Below are positions 52,141 through 63,962 of a stretch of 64,000 bases of DNA, one piece after another. This DNA is from Octopus sinensis. Taxonomy: Eukaryota. The notes beneath the pieces are model-generated. The model saw nothing but the letters and a program-made list of their open reading frames with translations, was not told the origin of the DNA and made no database searches. Positions within the stretch are counted from its first letter, which is position 1; each line of letters starts with the position of its first letter. The position numbers and the translations under genes are program-made. The stretch covers positions 69,750,001 through 69,814,000 of the forward strand of contig NC_043003.1 in NCBI RefSeq assembly GCF_006345805.1, in the 5' to 3' direction.

Positions 52141-54609
52141 GGTGTATATATATATGCCCAGACCCCAGTTGAACTGTCCAACCCATGCTAGCATGGAAAA
52201 TGGACGTCAAACGATGATGATGATGTGTATATATATGATGAAGTCCCATGTTCCAGATTGGATATGTTACAAAATATGATGAAAATTATCCTCAGAATTT
52301 TCAATGGTTAACACCAGGGAACATTGGAAGCAGAAACGGCTTTCAGGGTTGATTAGTTAAGTACCAGTTGCGTACTGGGGCCGATCTAATCGACTGGCCC
52401 CCTCCCACAAAATTTCGGGCCTTGTGCCTAGAATAGAAAAAAAACAGAAAAGAAATCTACTTTCCATGCTTGTTTCTGGTCAGACAAGAATATGTTGGAA
52501 CAAGGTTTTTCTACGGCTGGATGATGTCCTTCTTGTGAATCCCACCATTTGTTTCTAAGCAAGAAAACAGTTGCCAAGTCCACCAAGTAACAAACCAGAT
52601 GTGTTTATATGGAGAACCAGAAACAATCAACACCAGATGAATAAGTCTTGTGTGCTTCCCAACCACACGGTTCTAGGTTCAATCCCACTGTGTGAAATCT
52701 TGGGCAAGTGGGTTTTTTTTCTTTCTATATCCTGAGCCAACCAAATGTTGTGAATTGATTTGATTGATAGAAACTAAAAGAAGCCTGTTGGGTATGTACA
52801 TGTGCGGGAGTGTGTCTCCTTGTCTTGACCTCATGTTGTAATTGTAACTGAATGTCACTGTCATACAAGCCGTGTCATTCATTTTCAATATTCTGCAAGA
52901 ACATATTTGGCTATGAGGAAATATTACTTTGCTTGAGAACCAGTAAGGGTTAGCAACAGGAAAGGCATCCAACTGTAGAAAATTTGCTTCATTAAACTCC
53001 ATCTAACCCATGCAAATATGGAAAAATGGATGATAAAACAATGATGAAAAAATGATGATGGTGATGATATATAAATCAGGTGTCTCTGGTGTACCAATAC
53101 AAAAATTCCAATTAAAGTAATTAGTTTTTTTAACCTGCTGGGTAAGTAAAATCAATAAAGTCAAAGATTTATTAAATACTGGCAAATGATGTGGATCTGA
53201 TTTCAAATCTCAACTGTTGTTACTTTACACATTCAATTACTTTAAACCTACCTGGAAAAAAAAATCAATATTTAGTCACATTATTGTACTTCGTGTGTCG
53301 AACTGTGACAGATCTCTACATGAAAATAAATAGTCTTTATACAGAATCTGTATAATATTTCATTTCTTGTATATTTTCATCATGAAATTTGATGTGGAAA
53401 TACACATAGAAAAAACAGCAACTGCTGTATTTTGGCAAATTCAAACTTGATAATTTTCTAGTTATCAAACACTTACACTGTCTATTAATCCTCATCATCA
53501 GCACCACCACTACCAAGAACAATACACTATTGTGGGCTCAGAGTGCCAATAGTTAGTAGTTCTCAACCTATTTAATACTATTTAAAATCCAGGCCTGATC
53601 CAAAACCTGGAATTTTTTTAGCACCAATAAAAGTAAAACAGAAGTTAAATGAATGAAAATTTATTTTATTCATAGAGGGAAAAATGTCAAAGGCTGATGG
53701 AAGGATGCTTGTGGAACACATGTGGCCCTAGGCAATGTAGTTGAGAACCACTGGTTAATAATTGTTAGTGGAGGCTGCAGTATCTTTTGGCCTTGAAGAG
53801 AAAGGGCCAGTCTTAGCTATGATAAGAATGTGCTTTTCCCAGGAGAGATCAATCACTGGGAGGCACATTTTGTAATGTCACATCTTTGAGATTGCCAGCA
53901 ATATAACCATTTCAGCTATTTTCCCTTAAAATACAATATTTTGGGGTAGATCGAAAACCTTATGTATTTATGGTTGAAAAAACTGACAGATATTTCAGAC
54001 TTGGTACTTTTATTGAAATGGTTAAACGGATAATTTATCGATCTTTCAACTGAAGAATCAATACTTGTATTTACATAAATCATTGGGTCTTTTAACATTT
54101 CAATTACATTCCATCAAAACAGGTAAATGGTGCTTATAGAGATGGCACCTGTGTCAGCCACTCTTGGTGACATTTTACTAATAATCTCTATTAAATCTGT
54201 GAATAAAGCAGAGTGACACACATCTATAGAGAAAAGGGGATAGATATGTTAAATATTTATACTCCAAAGGGAATTCATAATGTAAGTGAAGTGGATTGGT
54301 TTATATCGCAAAATTGAAAATGGTTCACAAACTTGGCAACTTCCCTTTTGATCTTCAGTGCTTGGTAACTCTCATGTAATACAGATTGCATTTAACTTGA
54401 CACAAAGCTAATCATTACAGGAGCCTTATATATGTGTGTGTGTGTGTGTGCGTGTGTGTGTGTGTGTGTATATACATACATACATACATACATACATACA
54501 TACACATATATACACACACACATAGATGGATAGATAGCAAAATAAATACATGATGATGATGATGATATATACATATATATGAGAGTAAATCAACTTTATT
54601 TTATAACTA

Positions 54610-54616
54610 GATATAT

Positions 54617-54688
<72 letters not shown>

Positions 54689-54707
54689 TTATGTATATAT
54701 ATCATTG

Positions 54708-54743
<36 letters not shown>

Positions 54744-54748
54744 TTATG

Positions 54749-54779
<31 letters not shown>

Positions 54780-54856
54780 ATATGTATATGTATATGTATT
54801 TATATATATATATATATTATATATATATATATGTATGTATATATATTATGTATATG

Positions 54857-54936
<80 letters not shown>

Positions 54937-54985
54937 GTATATACATATATATATATGTATGTATATATGTATATATACATTGTTA
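54610..54985. repeat. Degenerate (TA)n tract
   Basis: Direct inspection; source of the YIYI ORFs. Confidence 0.97.
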
Positions 54986-55627
54986 TAACTAATGTATAAC
55001 TGGAATCAATTCTAATGTAAAGCTTATTTCTATCAATCCCTAAAAGATGAAAAGCAAAGCAAAGTCAACTCCAATGTGATTGAACTCGAAAGAGAGAGAG
55101 AGAAAAAAAAAGAAATATATAATATTATAAAGAATCTATTATGGTGCTCTACTGTCAATCTAGATGACCATCTTTAACATTATAGAATAAAAATATCTCA
55201 TATCAAATATTAAATATTCATATATAATTGAAAAAATTTGTAGTCAGCAAGAAGGAGTATATTTGGATATTTATTTTCAATCACTACAATTGTTTCCATG
55301 CAATGTAGTTCTCCAGGCATGCAGGTACTCTCATTATGCAACCGTTTTCCTGCATTATGAGATCTGGTTGTGTTTCCTCGAGTAATATGTAAATACTGTC
55401 TCCATAAGTTCAAATTCTTGGCTTCAAGAGTATCCTCTCTGTCTGCCGTGGCCTGAATTTAGTAATATTCTCTGAGTTTATCAGGGTGTATTGTTGCTGA
55501 AATGCAACAGATGCCCAAATGCAAAACCTGGAAGTATGTATAATACTTATACTGGATAGCAGAGGGTGAAAACTGATGGTGGAAGAGCTTTATACTGTAT
55601 TCTACTAAATTCTTAACAGAATATAGC

Positions 55628-55681
<54 letters not shown>

Positions 55682-55829
55682 TAGAACCACAGATTTCGAA
55701 CAACTCTGATCACAAATAAATTGTGTTTTATCTCCTGTCTTTCTCATATTCATTTAATACAGTAGAACCATGGAATACAAACACCTCTGATCACGATTAA
55801 ATTGTGCTTTATATATATCTATATCTATA

Positions 55830-55926
<97 letters not shown>

Positions 55927-56301
55927 AAGCATATATATATACACACACACACGTGGATATGAAGCATATGTGAATCACAAGTTGCAACACTTGTAGCATT
56001 TGAATAATACACCATTTTTTATTGATTTTCTTTTTTTTTTATACATGAACGAACATAATTGCTTGTCTTTCTCAAATGAGTTAGAACTAATCAGCAAAAC
56101 TTAATTCAGAGACTGTTTCCATAGAATAAATGTTAATAAGACTCTGTCACAGTTGATATGGTTGAAGAATGCAGTTTCAATTTAAATTTAAGAAAATGAA
56201 GAGAACAAGAGGAGAGAAAGAGGATGCAGCGAGAGAGAGATAGAGAGAGAGAGAGGAAGAGAGGGAGAAGGCGGTGAGAGTAAGGTCTATTATTTACTCA
56301 C

Positions 56302-56395
56302 TGTTGTTCAAGTCTGTCACGGATTCACCTTCCCAACTGTATAATTGACGGGCAAAACCTCGTAGCTTCAGCTTGTCTGTGCAATCATTCATGAA
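56302..56395 (-). CDS. DCDC1: DCDC1 exon: FMNDCTDKLKLRGFARQLYSWEGESVTDLNN (DCX-like domain)
   Basis: Acceptor cttgatctttcaaaag, donor GTGAGT, phase 0 in / 1 out, matching the phase-1 acceptor at 29385; aligns with recalled human VLDTCTIRMNLNLPARYFYDLYGRKIEDISK. Not in the ORF track. Confidence 0.92.
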
Positions 56396-56502
56396 CTTTT
56401 GAAAGATCAAGAAGCATAATAATAGTTATAACAACAATAACAACAACAACAACAACAACAACAATAATAACGATAATAATAATAAATAAATAATATAAAT
56501 AA

Positions 56503-56902
56503 CTAGCAGTATCGCCCGGTGTTGCTTGGGTTTGTAAGGGAAATAACTATATAAGCATTTTTAGAGAGTTATAGCCAAAAAATAGCCAAAAAATGCATTA
56601 AAAATGGGAAAAAAATTATGGTAAATTTTTTTTGAAATCGTTGACTCATCGTAGACATTTTTAGAGAGTTACTTCCCTTATATAATAGCGGGGAAAAATG
56701 CATTAAAATGGAAAAAAATGATGGTAAATTTTTTTTTAAATCGTAGACTCATCGTAGATGCGCGCTAATACTCAGAAGGGATCGATATGAATCACAACTA
56801 TAAGATACCCGGTTTTGGTTAAACTGCACCGCAAAATGTGGGAGTAGTTAGGAATCTAAATCGTAGGAGACAGACACACAACTTGACTTTTATATATAAA
56901 GA
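56503..56902 (-). mobile_element. Non-autonomous Helitron
   Basis: Minus strand A|TCTTTATATATAAAAGTCAAGTTGTGTG...ACCCAAGCAACACCGGGCGATACTGCTAG|T; same 3' end as 26649-27017. Confidence 0.8.
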
Positions 56903-57086
56903 TAATGATAATAATAATAGTTAATAGGTGCAGGAGTGGCTGTGTGGCAAGTAGCTTGCTTACCAACCACATGGTTTTGGGTTCAGTCCCATTGCATGGC
57001 ACCTTGGGCAAGTGTCTTCTACTATAGCCTCAGGCCAACCAAACCCTTGTGAGTGGATTTGGTAGATGGAAACTGAAAGAAGTCAG

Positions 57087-57131
<45 letters not shown>

Positions 57132-57135
<4 letters not shown>

Positions 57136-58288
57136 GTTGGCAACTAAATTCCCGCCGCTTTTTTAAATTTTGGAATTTATTGCATTTTGAAATTTTCGAA
57201 TCTATTTTTTTCGAGAATTCTATTTTTGAATCATTTTTTAATCTATTTTGTTTTTTTTTCTAGTTAATTTTAGTTAACTTTTGTTTATTTTCAGATCATT
57301 AAAATAGAATGTCAAGTTAAGAAAAACGAGCATTTTCAACACTTCCTTCTTTTTACTTTTAACCAAGGTTCTAAGGCCGCAAAAGCTTCTCGCGACATTT
57401 GTGCTGTGTATGGAGAGGGTGCCATAGCTGAAAGAACCACTCATGATTGGTATGCCAAGTTCAAAAATGGAAATTTTGACCTCTAAGACATCTCGTTCTG
57501 GCTATCCAGTTTAGTATCTTCACTCGTTGGGAAAGGTTCAGAAGTATGGAGCATGGGTTCTGCATACTTTAAGTGACAACAACAAAAATCAATGAGCCAT
57601 GATCCCTGCTGGTTTGCTTACTTGTCACTGCTCAACTCATAGACACAAGCAACGATTTCTTTAACAAATCATTACTGGTGACAAAAAAATGGTGCTTGTA
57701 CATCAATATGAAACAGCATAAGGAATGACTTAGCCCAGGTAAACAAGCAACACCATGCGTTAAACAAGATCTTCAACTGCATAAAACATTGTGCATATGG
57801 TGGGACTGGGAACGGATTATCCATTACGAATTGTTTGAACGGAACCAAACAGTCAACAGATGGAACGACTCAACACAGCTATTCCTAATCAGCAGCATGG
57901 AGTTCTTCTGCTGCATGACAATGCCCACCCTCATATCACCAAAATAACCAAGGAAGTCATTCAAATGCATGGCTGGAAAGTGCTACCACATCCGCTGTAC
58001 TCTCCTGATTTGGCACCAAGGGATTTCCACCTCTTTCGATCTCTTTCAAATGGTATGCGTGGAGTTTTGTTCAATACTAATGCAGAATTGAGAGCTTGGT
58101 TGGATCAATTTTTTGAGTTGAAATCAAGTGATTTCAACCAACGAGGTATTGAAAATCTTGTTGGATGTTGGGAAGAAGTTCTAAACAACAAGGGTGAATA
58201 CATTACTGATTAATTAGTTATTTTTTTTATTAAACCTTTTAAAAAATTAAAATTTTAAAAAATGGTGGGAAATTAGTTACCAACCCAA
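57132..58288 (+). mobile_element. Mariner (DD34D) transposon, decayed, inserted in the (TA)n of a family B SINE
   Basis: ~30-bp imperfect TIRs TTGGGTTGGCAACTAAATTCCC / GGGAAATTAGTTACCAACCCAA with TA TSD; HTH region WYAKFKNGNFDL, ITGD, LLHDNAHPH, YSPDLAPRD (34 residues between D2 and D3); frameshifts. Confidence 0.93.
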
Positions 58289-59120
58289 TATATATATATA
58301 TATATGTATTTGTGTGTATGTTTGTGTGTCCGTGTTTGTCCCCCCACCATCGCTTGACAGCCAATGCTAGTGTGTTTACATCCCCGTAACTTAGCAGTTT
58401 GGCAAAAGAGACCAACAGAATAAGTACCTCTCTTAAAAAACTGAGACTGATTCCTTTGACTTAAAAATTCTTCAAGGCAATGCCCCAGCATGGCCACAAG
58501 GTAATGACTGAAACAAGTAAAAGATTATTCAACTGGCCTTGAAAGAATGAAATGCAATTGTATAGCTAGTGGGGGAAGGGAGGGTCTGCTCTGAGCAACA
58601 CTTTTATGAAGGCAGATCTTTTGGATCTATTGTGTATGCGCTAAGGGCTGCCCCAAATGCCACACACTCTATGTCACTGATGAAATGCAAATTTCACCTA
58701 TCTTTAATGCTTTTATAAGCAAAATATAATGTCCACTCTTATTTCATGGCTCAATGGTTAACAGTGTGTCTATGACATCCAGTTTTAAAATCAATTTTCT
58801 CCAAACAATAAACTAGCCAAGCAATATAAGCAGCGGAAAAATATATTTAAAACAGTTAAAAGTAAGAGCAACACTTCATAAATCTCAAACCATTGTTCCT
58901 CAGATTTTAAAGAAAAATAGGAGTTGATAGCTATGGGAATTGGTTGATACTTGGTTTGCCAAGAACTTCTTATGGCACAATGGTGGTTGTCTTTGGAAAA
59001 AAAATAGCGATTTCTTTAATGAGTAGGATTTGGTTGATAGAACTTGTCTGGAAGTCTGTCTGTCTTTCTCGCTCTCTCTCTCACACACACACACATATAT
59101 CATCATCATTTTACGTCTGT

Positions 59121-59177
<57 letters not shown>

Positions 59178-60161
59178 ACACTGGTGCGTGTGTGTATGTG
59201 GGTGAATGTATATATGTGCACATGTGTCTGTGACGATGTGTGTGTGTATATATAATAGTCTATGTGATGTTTGCACTTATGCATGTTTGAGTGACTGACT
59301 GCATATATGTATGAGTGTATATATGTGTGAGTACACAGACACACACAGAAGTATGAGTGTATGTGTATGTATTAGTGTGCATGTGTGACTGACTGTACAT
59401 ACGTACATATATGTGTGTGTGAGAGTGTGTCTATGAGGGTGTGAGTATGAGGGTGTGTGAGTGTGTGTGTGTGTGTGTGTGTGCATATGTGTATCTTTTG
59501 CCAATGTATACAGGTGAACAATTTTTAATACATGTAATATCAATGAGAAAAATACTCTCTTGTCACAGTAGCCTTCAAACAAGCAATGAACCAATGACTG
59601 GCACTGTTGGAGAAAATTCTAACCAATAATCTTCTTCACTAAATATCAAATAAATAAAAATAAATAAATAAGTGAAAGAAATAAAAAAAAAAGGAAAAAA
59701 AAGCGTTCTTTTTTTTTGGGTAGGAATAAATTCTTTAACTCCAAGATATTCAATAAGCAACTATATTGGAAGTGTTAAACCAAAGATGTATTAACAGACA
59801 TCAAAATCAATAAGTGGAATAGTTTGGTTGATACTGTCAAGAGTAATATTCCTTAAAAAGACTTACCTTTAATTATATCAGTTACCAAATAATAAAAAGA
59901 GAAAGAAAGAAAAGGATGAAGGAGAAGGGATGTCTCATTCAGCCTAATTTAGCTTCGAACACTATTGATTTTGATTTTGTACAGTATTAACATAAACATC
60001 ATCATCCAAATGAGTTAGTTGTTCGTGAACAGGTGTTAGTAATTCTTTTAAGAATAGTATTCACATATATAGACATACATATGTATACATATATACATAT
60101 ATATACACACACATATATATATATGGATATATATCTATATCTATCTATCTATCTATCTATA

Positions 60162-60207
<46 letters not shown>

Positions 60208-60378
60208 TATACATGTACACACATGTCTACATGTCTCCATATATATACATTTCTTTTATTATTTTATATGTTTCAGTCAAAAGTTGTGGCCATGCTGGAG
60301 TACTACCAATATAATCACCTTTTAGTGGCCATTCTTATGTGCAGACATACACCTGTATACATCCATATACATATTACA

Positions 60379-60438
<60 letters not shown>

Positions 60439-60770
60439 ATATATACATACATATATACATACATACATATATATATAAACAAATCAAAATTGCTGACAGT
60501 ACCACCTGATTGGCACTTGTGCCAGTGGAACATTAAAAAGCACATCCGAGTGTGATCATTGCCAGGGCCATGGATTTGCTCCTTTGCCGGTAGCACATAA
60601 AAAGCACCCACACCACTCTCGGAGTGGTTGGCATTAGGAAGGACATCCAGGTGTAGAAACACTGCCAGATCAGATTGGAGCCTGGTGCAGCCTCCTGGCT
60701 TGCCAGTCTCCAGTCAAACCGTCCATCCCATGCCAGCATGGAAAACGGACGTTAAACAACAACAATGATG

Positions 60771-60812
<42 letters not shown>

Positions 60813-60822
60813 ATATATATAT

Positions 60823-60852
<30 letters not shown>

Positions 60853-60853
<1 letters not shown>

Positions 60854-61062
60854 TTAGCAATTAAGGACAACTACTTAATAAGGGAAAACTTAACAAGAAA
60901 TTGTCAGGTAGATAGCGTAAAAACCTCATAAGAGAAAAAATTTCGAAAATAATTATTTCTTAATTAATTTATATATAGGGCTTATACATACATGCCAGGA
61001 GGCATTCTACATCCTACACGCCATACGCTAAGAGGGACAATCAAGTCATTTCTACCAAAAAT
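60853..61062 (-). repeat. Inverted partial copy (~210 bp) of the 481-bp array unit
   Basis: Reverse complement of the unit segment TTTTTGGTAGAAATGAC...GTCCTTAATTGCTAAA; does not include the HHR. Confidence 0.93.
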
Positions 61063-61285
61063 TATACATATTACCTGACAATTTCTTGTTAAGTTTTCCT
61101 TATTAAGTAGTTGTCCTTAATTGCTAATTTTTATTCCGAAAAAACTTTTCCTCTCCAAATGCAATTCGTAAAAGTTGCCATTCATCCGGATATAGTATAT
61201 ATAATTCACCCATGTGCTTCGTTGATGTTGATCAGTTAGCTGATCGGCTTAAGCGAAGCAGGGTCGTTGTTTATTTAGTATATTC

Positions 61286-61333
61286 AGGCCTGCTGATGAT
61301 TACGTAAGTATGAAATCACTGTGATACAGGTCT
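61286..61333 (+). ncRNA. Type I hammerhead ribozyme, array copy 1 (HHR-A)
   Basis: aggcctg-CTGATGA-t-tac(gtaa)gta-t-GAAA-tca(ctg)tga-TA-caggtct: 7-bp stem I (one G:U), 3-bp stem II, stem III with 3-nt loop; predicted cut 3' of 61326 (AUA). Confidence 0.82.
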
Positions 61334-61766
61334 ATATATTTTTAAATGTCTTTCTTTGAAAAATTGCATTCGGTAGGATTAGTAATATTTTTGGTAGAAA
61401 TGACTGATTGTCCCTCTTAGCGTATGGCGTGTATGTAGAATGCCTCCTGGCATGTTATGTATAATGCCCTCTATATATAAATTAATATGTTCAATAAGAA
61501 ATAATTATTTTCGAAATTTTTTCTCTTATGAGGTTTTTACGCTATCTACCTGACAATTTCTTGTTAAGTTTTCCTTATTAAGTAGTTGTCCTTAATTGCT
61601 AAATTTTTATTCCGAAAAAACTTTTCCTCTCCCGAAATGCAATTCGTAAAAGTTTGCCATTCATCCGGATATAGTATATATAAATTCACCCATGTGCTTC
61701 GTTGATGTTGATCATTAGCTGATCGGCTTAAGCGAAGCAGGGTCGTTGTTTATTTATAGTATATTC

Positions 61767-61814
61767 AGGCCTGCTGATGATTACGTAAGTATGAAATCAC
61801 TGTGATACAGGTCT
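61767..61814 (+). ncRNA. Type I hammerhead ribozyme, array copy 2
   Basis: Identical motif to copy 1. Confidence 0.82.
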
Positions 61815-62246
61815 ATATTTTTTAATGTCTTTCTTTGAAAAATTGCATTCGGTAGGATTAGTAATATTTTTGGTAGAAATGACTGATTGTCCCTCTTAGC
61901 GTATGGCGTGTATGTAGAATGCCTCCTGGCATGTATGTATAATGCCCTCTATATATAAATTAATATGTTCAATAAGAAATAATTATTTTCGAAATTTTTT
62001 TCTCTATGAGGTTTTTACGCTATCTACCTGACAATTTCTTGTTAAGTTTTCCTTATTAAGTAGTTGTCCTTAATTGCTAAATTTTTATTCCGAAAAAACT
62101 TTTCCTCTCCCGAGAATGCAATTCGTAAAAGTTTGCCATTCATCCGGATATAGTATATATAAATTCACCCATGTGCTTCGTTGATGTTGATCAGTTAGCT
62201 GATCGGCTTAAGCGAAGCAGGGTCGTTGTTTATTTATAGTATATTC

Positions 62247-62294
62247 AGGCCTGCTGATGATTACGTAAGTATGAAATCACTGTGATACAGGTCT
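62247..62294 (+). ncRNA. Type I hammerhead ribozyme, array copy 3
   Basis: Identical motif to copy 1. Confidence 0.82.
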
Positions 62295-62727
62295 ATATAT
62301 TTTTAAATGTCTTTCTTTGAAAAATTGCATTCGGTAGGATTAGTAATATTTTTGGTAGAAATGACTGATTGTCCCTCTTAGCGTATGGCGTGTATGTAGA
62401 ATGCCTCCTGGCATGTATGTATAATGCCCTCTATATATAAATTAATATGTTCAATAAGAAATAATTATTTTCGAAATTTTTTCTCTTATGAGGTTTTTAC
62501 GCTATCTACCTGACAATTTCTTGTTAAGTTTTCCTTATTAAGTAGTTGTCCTTAATTGCTAAATTTTTATTCCGAAAAAACTTTTCCTCTCCCGAAATGC
62601 AATTCGTAAAAGTTTGCCATTCATCCGGATATAGTATATATAAATTCACCCATGTGCTTCGTTGATGTTGATCAGTTAGCTGATCGGCTTAAGCGAAGCA
62701 GGGTCGTTGTTTATTTATAGTATATTC

Positions 62728-62775
62728 AGGCCTGCTGATGATTACGTAAGTATGAAATCACTGTGATACAGGTCT
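62728..62775 (+). ncRNA. Type I hammerhead ribozyme, array copy 4
   Basis: Identical motif to copy 1. Confidence 0.82.
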
Positions 62776-63209
62776 ATATATTTTTAAATGTCTTTCTTTC
62801 AAAAATTGCATTCGGTAGGATTAGTAATATTTTTGGTAGAAATGACTGATTGTCCCTCTTAGCGTATGGCGTGTATGTAGAATGCCTCCTGGCATGTATG
62901 TATAATGCCCTCTATATATAAATTAATATGTTCAATAAGAAATAATTATTTTCGAAATTTTTTCTCTTATGAGGTTTTTACGCTATCTACCTGACAATTT
63001 CTTGTTAAGTTTTCCTTATTAAGTAGTTGTCCTTAATTGCTAAATTTTTATTCCGAAAAAACTTTTCCTCTCCCGAAATGCAATTCGTAAAAGTTTGCCA
63101 TTCATCCGGATATAGTATATATAAATTCCCACCCATGTGCTTCGTTGATGTTGAACAGTTAGCTGATCGGCTTAAGCGAAGCAGGGTCGTTGTTTATTAT
63201 AGTATATTC

Positions 63210-63257
63210 AGGCCTGCTGATGATTACGTAAGTATGAAATCACTGTGATACAGGTCT
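63210..63257 (+). ncRNA. Type I hammerhead ribozyme, array copy 5
   Basis: Identical motif to copy 1. Confidence 0.82.
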
Positions 63258-63402
63258 ATATATTTTTAAATGTCTTTCTTTGAAAAATTGCATTCGGTAG
63301 GATTAGTAATATTTTTGGTAGAAATGACTGATTGTCCCTCTTAGCGTATGGCGTGTATATGTAATGCCTCCTGGCATGTATGTATAATGCCCTCTATATA
63401 TA

Positions 63403-63433
<31 letters not shown>

Positions 63434-63636
63434 ATATACATATATATAATATATTATATATATATATATATATTATATCTATATATATTATATATATTAT
63501 ACATATATATGTATGATGTATGTATCTAGTAAGTTATAATTAAAGTTTCCAATACACCTGTCTTCTACAATAATCATTTAGAATATATATTTATGTACAT
63601 ATGTATAAATACATACCTGTGTGTGTGTGTGTGTGT

Positions 63637-63962
63637 GAAGGCACATGGTTCAGTGGTTAGAGTGTTGGGCTCACAATCATGAGTGAGTTCAATCCCTAGA
63701 CCGGGCCGTGTGTTGTGTTCTTGAGCAAGACCCTTTATATCATGTTGCTTCAGTTCACTTAGCTGTAGAAATGAGTTGCAACATCACTGATGCCAAGCTG
63801 TATCGGCCTTTGCCTTTCCATTGGAGAACATCGGTGGCATGGAGGCTGATATGCACGGGCAAGTGCTGGTCTTCCATAAAAAACAACCTTGCCTAGACTT
63901 GTGCCTCAGAGGGGAACCTTCTAGGTGCAATCCCATAGTCATTCATGACCGAAGGGGTTCTT
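63637..63962 (+). mobile_element. tRNA-derived SINE (family E)
   Basis: GAAGGCACATGGTTCAGTGGTTAGAGTG A box, GAGTTCAATCCC B box, TCTTGAGCAAGAC core-like motif, ends in (TA)n. Confidence 0.7.

Larger units (their letters stand above)
61072..63402 (+). repeat. Tandem array of a ~481-bp HHR-containing unit (~4.8 copies); retrozyme / Penelope-pLTR-like
   Basis: Units are near-identical and differ mostly by 1-3-nt indels; one HHR per unit at 480-482-bp spacing; (TA)n on both sides. Confidence 0.95.

Noticed and set aside
55210-55450. Open minus-strand frame (ATADREDTLEAKNLNLWRQYLHITRG...) as a possible DCDC1 exon
   Set aside because: The exons at 56302 and 29385 already join in phase and match the recalled human sequence contiguously; no convincing donor or homology.
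58670-58720. CTGATGA followed by AAAT
   Set aside because: No stem II, no properly placed GAAA/UH and no stem I pairing; not a hammerhead.
59855-59900. GTAAGT donor-like site on the minus strand as a possible upstream DCDC1 exon end
   Set aside because: The upstream sequence is pyrimidine-rich and low-complexity and does not encode the expected RILFFKNG-type segment.
63027-63248. 73-aa ORF within the 481-bp array
   Set aside because: It starts from a non-ATG codon, is not preserved in the other units because of small indels, and shows no homology.
145-63896. Most ORF-track entries ([24 protein letters not shown] types)
   Set aside because: They are translations of microsatellites or SINE consensus sequence, with no splice-consistent or domain evidence.
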